Assembly: GCA_949300385.1 (NCBI GenBank) | Contig: CASGDZ010000001.1 | Span: forward strand, 157,461 to 221,460 | Origin: an uncultured Christensenella sp. | Lineage (GTDB): Bacteria > Bacillota > Clostridia > Christensenellales > UBA1242 | Reading direction: 5' to 3' | Length of the DNA: 64,000 nt | Part shown: positions 27,891 to 36,698 of the stretch, piece after piece | How the letters are laid out: each line of letters starts with the position of its first letter | Numbering within the stretch: position 1 is the first letter of the stretch | Notes under the pieces: model-generated | The model's input: the letters and a program-made list of their open reading frames with translations, nothing else | The model's database searches: none | What the model was told of the DNA's origin: nothing | Program-made: the position numbers and the translations under genes

Positions 27891-28601
27891 TTATACCTCA
27901 CTTAATTTTTGCATGATTATACTACCTGCTACCCCAGCGTTTAAACTCTCAACTCCGTTTTGCATAGGTATAGATATTTTAGTATCGGCTAGCGCTATAA
28001 AATCAGCACTGACCCCACTACCTTCGTTACCTATTATAACAGCAATTTTCGTTTTTGGCAAACGAATTTCGCCTATCGGTGCTCCAAACATATCGGCTAC
28101 TACAAATTTATCTGCAATTTTATCCTTATAAAGAAGAATGTCTTTAAAAGTTACAATATGTATTCGTGCCTTAAGTATCATTCCCGCAGATGAGCGAATA
28201 ACCTTCTCGCTATATGGGTCGGCACAATTAACTAAATAAATATCTTTAAACCCAAAAGCCATTGCCGAACGAATAAGCGTGCCAACATTCCCCGGGTCTT
28301 GCAATCTATCGAGTATCAATGCGTTCGCTTGTGACTGAATAGGTATTGATTTAATTTTTACAACCATTACAATGTTTTGTGCCGTCTTTGTAGTTGCAAT
28401 TTGAGAAAGTTGTTTTTCATTTACAAATACGATATTAGGGTAATTCCTTGTATTTTTATCTGTTGTAATTGTGTAGATAATTTCACTACCCATTTCATAA
28501 ACATCATGACAAAATTTTTCTCCCTCAACCAAAATAAGAGAGTGTTCTTTTCTATAATCTTTATCTTTTAAATTTTTGATATCCTGCTTTGTTAATTCCA
28601 T
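27891..28601 (-). CDS. TrmH/SpoU-family RNA 2'-O-methyltransferase (YsgA/RlmB-like)
   Basis: 236 aa. LDRLQDPGNVGTLIRSA, IIGNEGSGVS and SLNAGVAGSIIM. Confidence 0.85.
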   Translation of the reverse strand: MELTKQDIKNLKDKDYRKEHSLILVEGEKFCHDVYEMGSEIIYTITTDKNTRNYPNIVFVNEKQLSQIATTKTAQNIVMVVKIKSIPIQSQANALILDRLQDPGNVGTLIRSAMAFGFKDIYLVNCADPYSEKVIRSSAGMILKARIHIVTFKDILLYKDKIADKFVVADMFGAPIGEIRLPKTKIAVIIGNEGSGVSADFIALADTKISIPMQNGVESLNAGVAGSIIMQKLSEV

Positions 28602-28756
28602 AGAATCAGTTTACCAAACCAAAACACATATGTCAATCAAACTTGTTTTATATAAAAAATATGTAAAGTTTTTAATAATAAATTAATATGTGATATATAA
28701 AACTAACCAAAATCGCTTTAAAATAATTGAATTATCCAAACTATTAATTATCAATA

Positions 28757-28785
28757 TTGACTATTTTAGCGTTTTATGGTATAAT
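28757..28785 (+). promoter_or_regulatory. Near-consensus extended -10 sigma-A promoter of the plus-strand helicase cassette
   Basis: TTGACT (28757-28762), 17 nt, TGgTATAAT (-10 at 28780-28785). The predicted TSS lies at the GGAGAG SD (28792-28797). Confidence 0.6.
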
Positions 28786-28804
28786 TATTATGGAGAGTGT
28801 TGAT

Positions 28805-29047
28805 ATGAAACAAGTTATCGGTATTGTTAAAAAGGTTTATTTACCCGATGAATTTATTAATGGCGAACCTGTACAAGAAATTTATAAGACTAAAATCGGA
28901 TTTGAAGTTGATATTAAGGGTAAAATTATTAAATTTGAACAAAAACAGAACAATGAAAATGTCAAAATTTACACTGGCGATAAAGTCGCTCTTATTTTTG
29001 ATTTGTCAAAAAGCAAATTCCCTATTGACATAAAGGCGGTGAATTAA
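28805..29047 (+). CDS. Small uncharacterised protein (80 aa), translationally coupled to the helicase
   Basis: ATG at 28805, 7 nt after GGAGAG. MKQVIGIVKKVYLPDEF..., beta-rich with no TM helix. Its TAA overlaps the helicase ATG (TAATG). Confidence 0.55.
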   Translation: MKQVIGIVKKVYLPDEFINGEPVQEIYKTKIGFEVDIKGKIIKFEQKQNNENVKIYTGDKVALIFDLSKSKFPIDIKAVN

Positions 29048-30633
29048 TGAAAAATTTTAATTTATATCCGCATAATCAAATCGCTTATGATATGATAAAA
29101 GACGCTTTTGATGATGGTCAAAATATCGCGTCTATTGTTCAAGCGACAGGTACAGGTAAGACATTTATCGCTGTTAATCTTGCAAAAGAAATTTTTCCAA
29201 AGAAAATGCTATTTGTTGCGCCTACTAATGCAATTATTGAGCATGTAGAAGAAGTTATTAAAGAATATGGCCTTGAAAAGTCTGTAAATATTGAGTTTGT
29301 AACCTATCAGTCGTTTATTAATAAATCAATAACCGATATTAAAAATATAAAATATGATTATCTCGTTGTTGATGAATTTCATCACACTGGCGCGCCTATT
29401 TGGGGTCAAAGAATAACTGACCTTATCAATACTCATAAAGATTCGTTTACTCTCGGTATGTCTGCATACACTATTCGTGATAAGGGTACAGCCTATGCAA
29501 TGGATATCGCTCCTACTATAATTGAAAAAATGACGGACGAATCAGTCGATGAAGAGGAAGAACTCCCTATTTTTGCTAATAGCATTGTAAATAAGTATGA
29601 TTTAGCAGACGCATTAATAGACGGAGTTTTAAAAGAACCTAAATACATAGCGAGTGACATTAAATTGTATGCTTATTTAAAAGATTTGGAAGATAAAGTC
29701 ATGAATGGCAACTCAACCGCTGAAGAAAAAGAAACTTATTTAAAAGAACTCGATAGTATAAAGGCAAATCTAATATTGCCAGATGAAACAAAACAAATTT
29801 TAACTAAAAACATTAAACCGAATTCAAAATGTATATACTTTGTACCTACTGGAAAAACAGACGGAAAACGCAACATTGAAAATGCAAAAAATGAGTTAAA
29901 AAATATCTTCCCAAATGCTATCATCTACTCTACTACCAGTGATGATAAGGACGGAGAAAAAAATCGTGAAGCGTTCTACAACGATAAAGACTTAAACGGC
30001 AACGATGTTAGTAAAAAGTTGCGAATTATGGTCGCTATTAATCAGTATAACGAAGGTGTACACGCAAAAGGTGTAGATACTGTCATTATGGGCAGAAGTA
30101 CGCAATCGGATATCGTATTTTATGAGCAGTTAGGACGCGCGCTATCGGTAAGCAATTCTTCTACTCCGCTTTGCATTGACCTATCTGGAAATATTGACTT
30201 TATTTTAGATTTGTCTAATGAAATCGGTTATCGAATACGCGAGCGCTATGCTAGCAACGGAAAAAATGGCACATTAGATAGAGATTTACCATCATTTAAT
30301 TTTGGTTTAGACATTAAACAAATTGATTTATTAGATAGATTAATGCAAATGAGTGACAAATTAGATAACTGGATGGCTCGCTACAATCAATTTATCAAAT
30401 ATCAAGAAGAACATAACGGCGAATATCCGTCACAATATAGTACTGACCCTGAAATTAAATCTTTGGCACAATGGGTAAGTAATCAAAGAAATTTATATAG
30501 AAATGATAAATTAAGTCAAAAGAGAATTGATTTTCTAAATAAAATTGATTTTGTATTTACTCCTAGACAAAAGAAAGATGATAAAAATAATCTATCAAAT
30601 AAAGTCGAAGATAGTTTATTAAAAAAAGATTAA
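29047..30633 (+). CDS. SF2 DExH-box helicase (ResIII/Helicase_C type) with a C-terminal helicase-associated (HA) domain
   Basis: 528 aa. Motif I ATGTGKT, motif II VVDEFHH, motif III-like LGMSAY, motif VI YEQLGRALS. C-terminal LAQWVSNQRNLYRNDKLSQKRIDFLNKIDFVF matches the HA-domain pattern. Confidence 0.75.
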   Translation: MKNFNLYPHNQIAYDMIKDAFDDGQNIASIVQATGTGKTFIAVNLAKEIFPKKMLFVAPTNAIIEHVEEVIKEYGLEKSVNIEFVTYQSFINKSITDIKNIKYDYLVVDEFHHTGAPIWGQRITDLINTHKDSFTLGMSAYTIRDKGTAYAMDIAPTIIEKMTDESVDEEEELPIFANSIVNKYDLADALIDGVLKEPKYIASDIKLYAYLKDLEDKVMNGNSTAEEKETYLKELDSIKANLILPDETKQILTKNIKPNSKCIYFVPTGKTDGKRNIENAKNELKNIFPNAIIYSTTSDDKDGEKNREAFYNDKDLNGNDVSKKLRIMVAINQYNEGVHAKGVDTVIMGRSTQSDIVFYEQLGRALSVSNSSTPLCIDLSGNIDFILDLSNEIGYRIRERYASNGKNGTLDRDLPSFNFGLDIKQIDLLDRLMQMSDKLDNWMARYNQFIKYQEEHNGEYPSQYSTDPEIKSLAQWVSNQRNLYRNDKLSQKRIDFLNKIDFVFTPRQKKDDKNNLSNKVEDSLLKKD

Positions 30634-30711
30634 TTTCCTTTAGATAGTAAAGATACTATATAACTTAATATCTATAAAAATTGTAAATAAAAAGTAATGT
30701 TATATAAAAAC

Positions 30712-30745
30712 AAAAAAGTCGTGATAGTTAATCACGACTTTTTTA
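30712..30745. terminator. Bidirectional intrinsic terminator between the helicase (+) and rplT (-)
   Basis: A6-AGTCGTGAT-AGTTA-ATCACGACT-T6. Confidence 0.8.
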
Positions 30746-30746
30746 A

Positions 30747-31100
30747 CTATGCAACTGATTTTTTTGCAGTTTCAACAAGTTTAGCAAAAGCAGTTTTATC
30801 GCTAACAGCAAGGTCAGCAAGAACTTTACGATTAAGGTCGATATTTGCTTTCTTTAACCCATTGATGAAAACACTATAACTAATTCCATTCTCATGGCAA
30901 GCAGCGTTAATACGAGTGATCCATAATGAACGCATATCGCGTTTTCTCAATTTACGACCAACATAAGCGTATTGACCAGATTTCATAACCGCTTGGCGTG
31001 CTACTCTATATAATTTAGATTTAGCACCACGGTAGCCCTTAGCTTGCTTTAAGATAGAACGGCGCTTCTTAACGCCATTTACAGCTCTTTTTATTCTCAT
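30747..31100 (-). CDS. rplT: 50S ribosomal protein L20
   Basis: 117 aa, [25 protein letters not shown]. Confidence 0.95.
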   Translation of the reverse strand: MRIKRAVNGVKKRRSILKQAKGYRGAKSKLYRVARQAVMKSGQYAYVGRKLRKRDMRSLWITRINAACHENGISYSVFINGLKKANIDLNRKVLADLAVSDKTAFAKLVETAKKSVA

Positions 31101-31110
31101 AATGCGCCTC

Positions 31111-31299
31111 CTATATCATTTCCTTTATGTTCTTTTCATATTGTTTAGAAACATAACCGGTTTTTCTTAAATTTCTTTTTCTTTTTCTTGATTTTTTGGT
31201 CAAAATGTGACCTTTGCCGTCGTGCATCATTTTAACTTTACCAGTACCAGTTACTTTAAAACGACTTGCAACAGCCTTTCTAGTTTTCATTTTTGGCAT
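31111..31299 (-). CDS. rpmI: 50S ribosomal protein L35
   Basis: 62 aa, [21 protein letters not shown]. Confidence 0.95.
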   Translation of the reverse strand: MPKMKTRKAVASRFKVTGTGKVKMMHDGKGHILTKKSRKRKRNLRKTGYVSKQYEKNIKEMI

Positions 31300-31316
31300 A
31301 ATTTACTCCTTATATA

Positions 31317-31832
31317 TTATTTTTTTGTGGAAATAGGGGCTAAGAACATAAAGATATTTTTACCATTAATTACAGAAGGTTTTTCGATTTGCCCTACACT
31401 AGAGCAAAGTTCAGCAAATTTATTCATAACATCAAAACCGAGTTGAGGTCTATCCTGCAATCTACCGCGCATACGGATATACACTCTAACCTTGCTACCG
31501 TCCGTTAAGAATTTGCATACTTGCTTTGCCTTAACCTCAAGGTCATGGTCGCTAATAGTCATGCTAAGTGGCATTTCTTTAAGTTTTGCAACCTTTTGAT
31601 TTTTCTTTTGGTCTTTAAGTTTTTTCAACTCATCAAAGCGGTATTTACCATAGTCCATTATTTTGCATACTGGTGGTTTTGCATCAGGTGCAATCAAGAC
31701 AAGGTCAAGATCATACGAATGTGCGATTTCATTCGCTTTGTCGCTAGACACAATGCCTAACTGCTCCGAATTAGGTCCTATAAGACGCACTTCGGATAAA
31801 ACAATTTGCTCGTTTTTAAGTAGTTCTTTCAA
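31317..31832 (-). CDS. infC: Translation initiation factor IF-3
   Basis: 171 aa. VRLIGPNSEQLGIV and ...VCKIMDYGKYRF. The apparent start codon is TTG, 3 nt after GGAGGG. Confidence 0.9.
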   Translation of the reverse strand: MKELLKNEQIVLSEVRLIGPNSEQLGIVSSDKANEIAHSYDLDLVLIAPDAKPPVCKIMDYGKYRFDELKKLKDQKKNQKVAKLKEMPLSMTISDHDLEVKAKQVCKFLTDGSKVRVYIRMRGRLQDRPQLGFDVMNKFAELCSSVGQIEKPSVINGKNIFMFLAPISTKK

Positions 31833-31993
31833 ATTCCCTCCTACCCATAAAAAATGGGCTCTTTATGTAAAGTGCCCACTCTTACTCTATAAAAATTACA
31901 TAATCTGCACAAACATGTGCCAATTAAAGTACAATTTTTATAACCATTGTCGCTAAAATGCTTCAAGGTGAGAAGTGGTAACTCCTACTTTAC
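31833..31993 (-). promoter_or_regulatory. infC-rpmI-rplT 5' leader with an attenuator terminator (consistent with an L20 leader)
   Basis: About 160-nt untranslated leader. Minus-strand hairpin TGGGCACTTTA..TAAAGAGCCCA (31855-31878) followed by TTTTTTA lies just upstream of the SD. Firmicute infC operons are known to use L20-dependent attenuation. Confidence 0.45.
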
Positions 31994-32000
31994 GAGAATA

Positions 32001-32029
32001 ATTCTAGCAAAGAATTTTCTCTTTGTCAA
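32001..32029 (-). promoter_or_regulatory. Sigma-A promoter of the infC operon
   Basis: Minus strand: TTGACA (32024-32029), 17 nt, TAGAAT (32001-32006). Confidence 0.55.
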
Positions 32030-32242
32030 TACTTTTTTACAACTTTTTACGATTTTTAACAACTTTATGAAAACAAAATTTCTGTTTGTTTTGTTAAAAA
32101 TATATTCGCCATTTTATTTTATATGTATTATATTTCGTAAATATTAGTTTTATCTTCTTTGACGCTTAATATGTATAACTAATTTTACTTTAAATAATTT
32201 ATTTAATTTTTTAGTTTAAATATAAAAGACTTTAATTCATAT

Positions 32243-32944
32243 CTATTTTCTTTTAACCTTATTATTTTTATGTTGTTGATATAAATTCTTCCATTTTGAA
32301 AAATTGTCAAATGCATAAAATAAGTATCCAATGATAATGAAGATGACAAGTAGACCAAAGACCCATCCTATAAGTCCACCCCAACCTAACTCTGCTAAAT
32401 TTAAGAAGAAATATGGATATAATAAACCTGTATAACTATCACCAATCGTTGCATTGATAATTCCTGAACGAATCAAAATAAAAGCGACATAAATCAATGG
32501 CATGATAGTGCAAAGTAAAGGATAGTACCATTTTACTTTTCCATGTTCATAAAATAATATCCAATCAAGTACAAACATTATAGGAAGAATAACATGTAAA
32601 ATTAAATTACCTATTGATGTAAAATACTCGAAAACAGTATTTTCTTTTGCCAAAAGAATATTGTAAACTAATCCTGTAACTAATATCATAATGACGCACA
32701 TAAGTTTGAATTTTGGTGCAAGTGTAATATATCCATCTTCTTTTTTATTTGCAAATTTTAAAGTGGAAATAAAAATTGCTATCATCATACCTAAACAAAT
32801 ATAGTTGGATAAATTTGTGTAGTATAGATAAAAATCATAATTAAAAGATTTATTGAAATATCCAAGGCTATGTATAACTCCGATAATACCTAATACTATG
32901 TAGATTGTTTGAAACACAATCTGAGAAACTCGATTTTTTATCAT
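32243..32944 (-). CDS. FAR-17a/AIG1-like (Pr6Pr-type) polytopic membrane protein
   Basis: 233 aa, about 6 TM helices. Blocks YYTNLSNYICL, NLILHVILPIMFVLDW and GLLYPYFFLNL parallel the FLT..., HGMHTTVLP and WVYPFLE blocks of mammalian AIG1 as I remember them. Confidence 0.5.
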   Translation of the reverse strand: MIKNRVSQIVFQTIYIVLGIIGVIHSLGYFNKSFNYDFYLYYTNLSNYICLGMMIAIFISTLKFANKKEDGYITLAPKFKLMCVIMILVTGLVYNILLAKENTVFEYFTSIGNLILHVILPIMFVLDWILFYEHGKVKWYYPLLCTIMPLIYVAFILIRSGIINATIGDSYTGLLYPYFFLNLAELGWGGLIGWVFGLLVIFIIIGYLFYAFDNFSKWKNLYQQHKNNKVKRK

Positions 32945-32958
32945 AATATACTCCTAAT

Positions 32959-33639
32959 TTACTCCTCATCCTTAGACTCTAAAATTGAATATGCTAATAA
33001 ATATTCTGCAGGATAATAGGTTGCTAAGCATAAAATTCCAAATAATACACTAGAAATATTTCCAAAAACATTAAATAAAAGCATTAAATCTGAGAAGAAG
33101 AATAATACACTTCCTATAACAATAACAAGATTTAAAATTGTCCTATTGCGAATTAAATTTGTTATTGCTTTACCTAACATTAATGAAATAATTAGCGCGT
33201 AAACAACTGCTACAATTTCCATTAAGACATTTCCAAATTCGAAGCATGGAGCCAATGTTATTAACAATATAGATGCAACAAAAATGATTGCACCAATAAT
33301 TAAATCTTTAAAGTTAAATTTTTCAATAAAACAATACGAGATAAAGAAAAGTATATGACCAATGGCAAACAATACTGCTCCACCAATGAAATTGAGTTCA
33401 AGAACTATATCACCTAAAAAAGCAAAGAATAGTCCTGACAACATAATTATTGGAAATCGTTTATCTCTATATGAAGTTTTTAACAAAATTACTAAATTTA
33501 TAGTTCCTAATAAAACAAATAACCCACTAGTGATTCCTTTTATAAATAATTTATCAAATGATATTAATAAAATGTTGCTAATAGATATTAAGATGAAAAA
33601 CATTAAATTTATAATATTAAAAATTTTTTCTTTTTTCAT
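32959..33639 (-). CDS. YhhN-family membrane protein (lysoplasmalogenase family, TMEM86-like)
   Basis: 226 aa, about 8 TM helices. FAFLGDIVLE...FAIGHILFFISY and FFFSDLMLLF signature blocks. Confidence 0.7.
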   Translation of the reverse strand: MKKEKIFNIINLMFFILISISNILLISFDKLFIKGITSGLFVLLGTINLVILLKTSYRDKRFPIIMLSGLFFAFLGDIVLELNFIGGAVLFAIGHILFFISYCFIEKFNFKDLIIGAIIFVASILLITLAPCFEFGNVLMEIVAVVYALIISLMLGKAITNLIRNRTILNLVIVIGSVLFFFSDLMLLFNVFGNISSVLFGILCLATYYPAEYLLAYSILESKDEE

Positions 33640-33892
33640 AAATTCTCCTTAAAAATTAATATTTTTTAAAATTTTGTTTGATTTTATGTGAAATTTATAA
33701 AATTTTAATAATTTTTTTATAATTTTTTATTAATTATTGAATTCATAATAAAATAATTAATAATAATTTGTAATTTTTTATAATGGAATACAAATTAATA
33801 TTGATTTAAATTAATTTGCAAGAAATTTATTTATTTTTTTACAATATTTCTATTGTTTTTATTTATTTTTTTATATTTTCATACAATTTTTA

Positions 33893-35266
33893 TTATTTTA
33901 AAAATAATTTTATTAATTTTTCTTTTAGTTTATTAAATGGTTGATAACGCAAAGGCAAATCTAACCAGTTCGCTTTATGTACTATACTCTTGTAATGAGT
34001 GAAGGTATCGAATCCATGTTTGCCATGATATGAGCCTATACCACTCTGCTTAATTCCACCAAATGGAAGACTATGATTTGCAATATGCATGATTGTATCA
34101 TTTATGCATCCTCCACCGAAATCACAACTATTTATAACTTTTTCTTGTGTAGTTTTGTTGTTTGAGAAGATATACAACGCCAATGGCTTATTGTGTTTAT
34201 TAATACTATTGATTGCTTCATCGATATTTTTAAAAGTGAGTATAGGAAGAATAGGTCCAAAGATTTCATTTTGCATAATTTCAGAGTTAAAATCAGCATT
34301 CATTATTGTTGGCTCAATTTTTAGTTTATCATCGTTATATTTACCGCCAAATAATGTAAAATTTTTATCTATCAATTTTACTAATCTATTATATTGTTTT
34401 TCATTTATAATTCTTGGATATTCGTCATTGTCTATTGGATCTACAGAATATTGTAATACAATTTGTTTCTCAATCTCGTACAACAATTTATCTTTAATCT
34501 TTTCATCGCAATACAAATAATCAGGAGCGACGCATGTCTGACCTGCATTCAAGAATTTGCCAAATACTATCCTTTTTGCCGTTAATTTCAAGTTTGCACT
34601 TTCATCGACAATACATGGGCTTTTACCACCCATCTCCAAAGTAACAGGCGTAAAGTGTTCGGCGGCTTTTTGCATGACTATTTTACCTACGCGCGTGCTT
34701 CCAGTAAAGAATATATAATCAAACTCTTGATCCAACAAATATGTACATTCTTCGACCCCACCTAACACTACATCGACATATCCTTTCTCAAATGTAGAAC
34801 TGATTAATTCTTGTATCACAGCCGAAGTATTAGGAGAATATTCGCTAGGCTTAATAATTGCGGTATTGCCTGCACTAATTGCGTCAACCAAAGGTTCGAT
34901 TGCAAGCATAAAAGGATAATTCCATGGACTTATAATCAAAACTACTCCATAGGCACAAGGCATAGTGTAACTCTTTGCTGGAAAGTTTGACAATGGTGTA
35001 CTTTCTTTTTGTTTGCTAGCAAATTGCTTTATATGTTTAATCATATATGTAATTTCGTCAAGTACAATACCTATCTCCGACATATAGGCTTCTGTATTGC
35101 TTTTATTAAGGTCAAGTTTTAACGCATTACAAATTTTATCTGTATTTAATTTAATATTTTTATATAATAATTTTAGCATTTTGATTCGCGTTTCAACATT
35201 TGGTCTATTCTGAGAAAAATATTCTCGTTGACGCGCTATCTTTTCTTCAATTTCAATATTATTCAC
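33893..35266 (-). CDS. NAD(P)-dependent aldehyde dehydrogenase, class 3 (ALDH3)-like
   Basis: 457 aa. SPWNYPFMLA, KPSEYSPNTS, LEMGGKSPCIV (catalytic Glu) and NAGQTCVAPDY (catalytic Cys). Length and blocks fit the ALDH3 class. Confidence 0.85.
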   Translation of the reverse strand: MNNIEIEEKIARQREYFSQNRPNVETRIKMLKLLYKNIKLNTDKICNALKLDLNKSNTEAYMSEIGIVLDEITYMIKHIKQFASKQKESTPLSNFPAKSYTMPCAYGVVLIISPWNYPFMLAIEPLVDAISAGNTAIIKPSEYSPNTSAVIQELISSTFEKGYVDVVLGGVEECTYLLDQEFDYIFFTGSTRVGKIVMQKAAEHFTPVTLEMGGKSPCIVDESANLKLTAKRIVFGKFLNAGQTCVAPDYLYCDEKIKDKLLYEIEKQIVLQYSVDPIDNDEYPRIINEKQYNRLVKLIDKNFTLFGGKYNDDKLKIEPTIMNADFNSEIMQNEIFGPILPILTFKNIDEAINSINKHNKPLALYIFSNNKTTQEKVINSCDFGGGCINDTIMHIANHSLPFGGIKQSGIGSYHGKHGFDTFTHYKSIVHKANWLDLPLRYQPFNKLKEKLIKLFLK

Positions 35267-36461
35267 CTTTCACCTCATAATAGATTTTCTCTAATTCTTC
35301 GCTAGTGTATAGGACAGGAACGGGATATAGTGGGTTTGCTTCCCTTTCTGCTGTCCTTGCTAGTCCTTTTATATCTTTGCGTTTAATATCTTCTATATGC
35401 TTATGAATATTTAATTTTATATTTAATTCTTCAATCTTTTCTATAAATAATTTTGCACCCAATTCGTATGAAACAGATTTATCAAATAAACCTGCATACA
35501 CTCCCATTTCGTATAATTTTTTATAAATTGATCGTCCATATTTCTTTAATACATACGGCAAGATTACAGCATTAGCAAAACCATGCGCAGTATTATATCT
35601 CCCACCTAAAGAATGCGCAATAGCGTGTACATATCCGACATACGATATTGTGAAAGCAACGCCCGCTAAATATGATGCGTGTAGCATATTTTCTCGCGCA
35701 GTTATATCCTCGCCATTTTCATACGCTTTTATTAAGTTTTCAAATATCAATTTGACAGATTTTAGTGAACAATCTCGTGTCTTTTTTGTGGTACTTCTAC
35801 CTATATAAGCCTCTATCGCGTGCGTTAATGCGTCCATACCCGTAGTGGCAGTTACAAATTTTGGTAGTCCTATAGTTAGTTTTGGGTCTAAAAGTGCATA
35901 ACTTGGGATAAGCGGAAAATCATTAATAGCGTATTTATGGCGTGTTTTTGCGTCTGTTATAACCGCAGCAAGCGTCGTTTCGCTTCCCGTTCCCGCAGTT
36001 GTTGGTACAGCAATTAAAAGCGGTATTTTCTTCAGCACTTTTAAAACACCTTTCATTTTATTAAGTGATTTTTTAGGTCGGGCAATTCGCGCTCCAGTTG
36101 CTTTCGCGCAATCCATAGCAGAACCACCACCAAAGGCTATTAAACTATCACAATTATTAGATAAATACAACAATCGTGCGCTCTCAACATTATCTGTTGT
36201 AGGGTTTGCAACTGTTTCATCATAAACAATCACATCAATTCCTGCATCTGTCAATTCTTTTTCTAAAGATTTCGTTAGACCTAAAGAATTAATGCCTTTA
36301 TCTGTTACCAACAAAACCTTTTTCTTATCCTTTGATTTTAGTACATCGACCACTTCAGAATTTGATTTTAAAATGGTAGGTTCACGATATGGCAATAACG
36401 GAATCATTATTTTAAAAATAGATTGATAAGTTCTGCAATATAACTTTTTAAGAATATTCAT
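35259..36461 (-). CDS. Iron-containing (group III) alcohol dehydrogenase
   Basis: 400 aa. GGGSAMDCAKA, PTTAGTGSE, and His-rich metal blocks (DALTHAIEAY, HAIAHSLGG). Overlaps the ALDH gene by 8 nt. Confidence 0.85.
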   Translation of the reverse strand: MNILKKLYCRTYQSIFKIMIPLLPYREPTILKSNSEVVDVLKSKDKKKVLLVTDKGINSLGLTKSLEKELTDAGIDVIVYDETVANPTTDNVESARLLYLSNNCDSLIAFGGGSAMDCAKATGARIARPKKSLNKMKGVLKVLKKIPLLIAVPTTAGTGSETTLAAVITDAKTRHKYAINDFPLIPSYALLDPKLTIGLPKFVTATTGMDALTHAIEAYIGRSTTKKTRDCSLKSVKLIFENLIKAYENGEDITARENMLHASYLAGVAFTISYVGYVHAIAHSLGGRYNTAHGFANAVILPYVLKKYGRSIYKKLYEMGVYAGLFDKSVSYELGAKLFIEKIEELNIKLNIHKHIEDIKRKDIKGLARTAEREANPLYPVPVLYTSEELEKIYYEVKGE

Positions 36462-36504
36462 ATACTTCCCCTTTTATAATACTTTCCTTGTGTTAGACAT
36501 TTTA

Positions 36505-36533
36505 AGTCTAGACAATAAAAAAAATAGAGTCAA
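36505..36533 (-). promoter_or_regulatory. Sigma-A promoter of the adh-aldh pair, with an overlapping dyad
   Basis: Minus strand: TTGACT (36528-36533), 17 nt, TAGACT (36505-36510). The dyad TAGAC-N7-GTCTA (36494-36510) overlaps the -10 and the TSS. Confidence 0.45.
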
Positions 36534-36605
36534 ATAAAAAAATTTATTTATAAATTATTTTCAAAATTAATTTAAAAAAATGAACATTTGTTGAGTTTTT
36601 TGTTG

Positions 36606-36629
36606 AAAAAAGACCACAAAAAGTGGTCT
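36606..36629 (-). terminator. Intrinsic terminator after thrS
   Basis: Minus strand: AGACCAC-TTTTT-GTGGTCT followed by TTTTTT. Confidence 0.7.
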
Positions 36630-36698
36630 AATCATGTTTTAAATTTTTATAATTATTATTACAGACTTTAGATTGCAAATTTTATTGAAAAATATAAA

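Noticed and set aside
28602-30746. Possible target-site duplication flanking the helicase cassette (TTATATAAAAA at about 28645 and about 30697)
   Set aside because: An 11-nt A/T-only match is expected by chance in intergenic DNA this AT-rich. There is no integrase, transposase or inverted repeat, so I do not call the cassette a mobile element.
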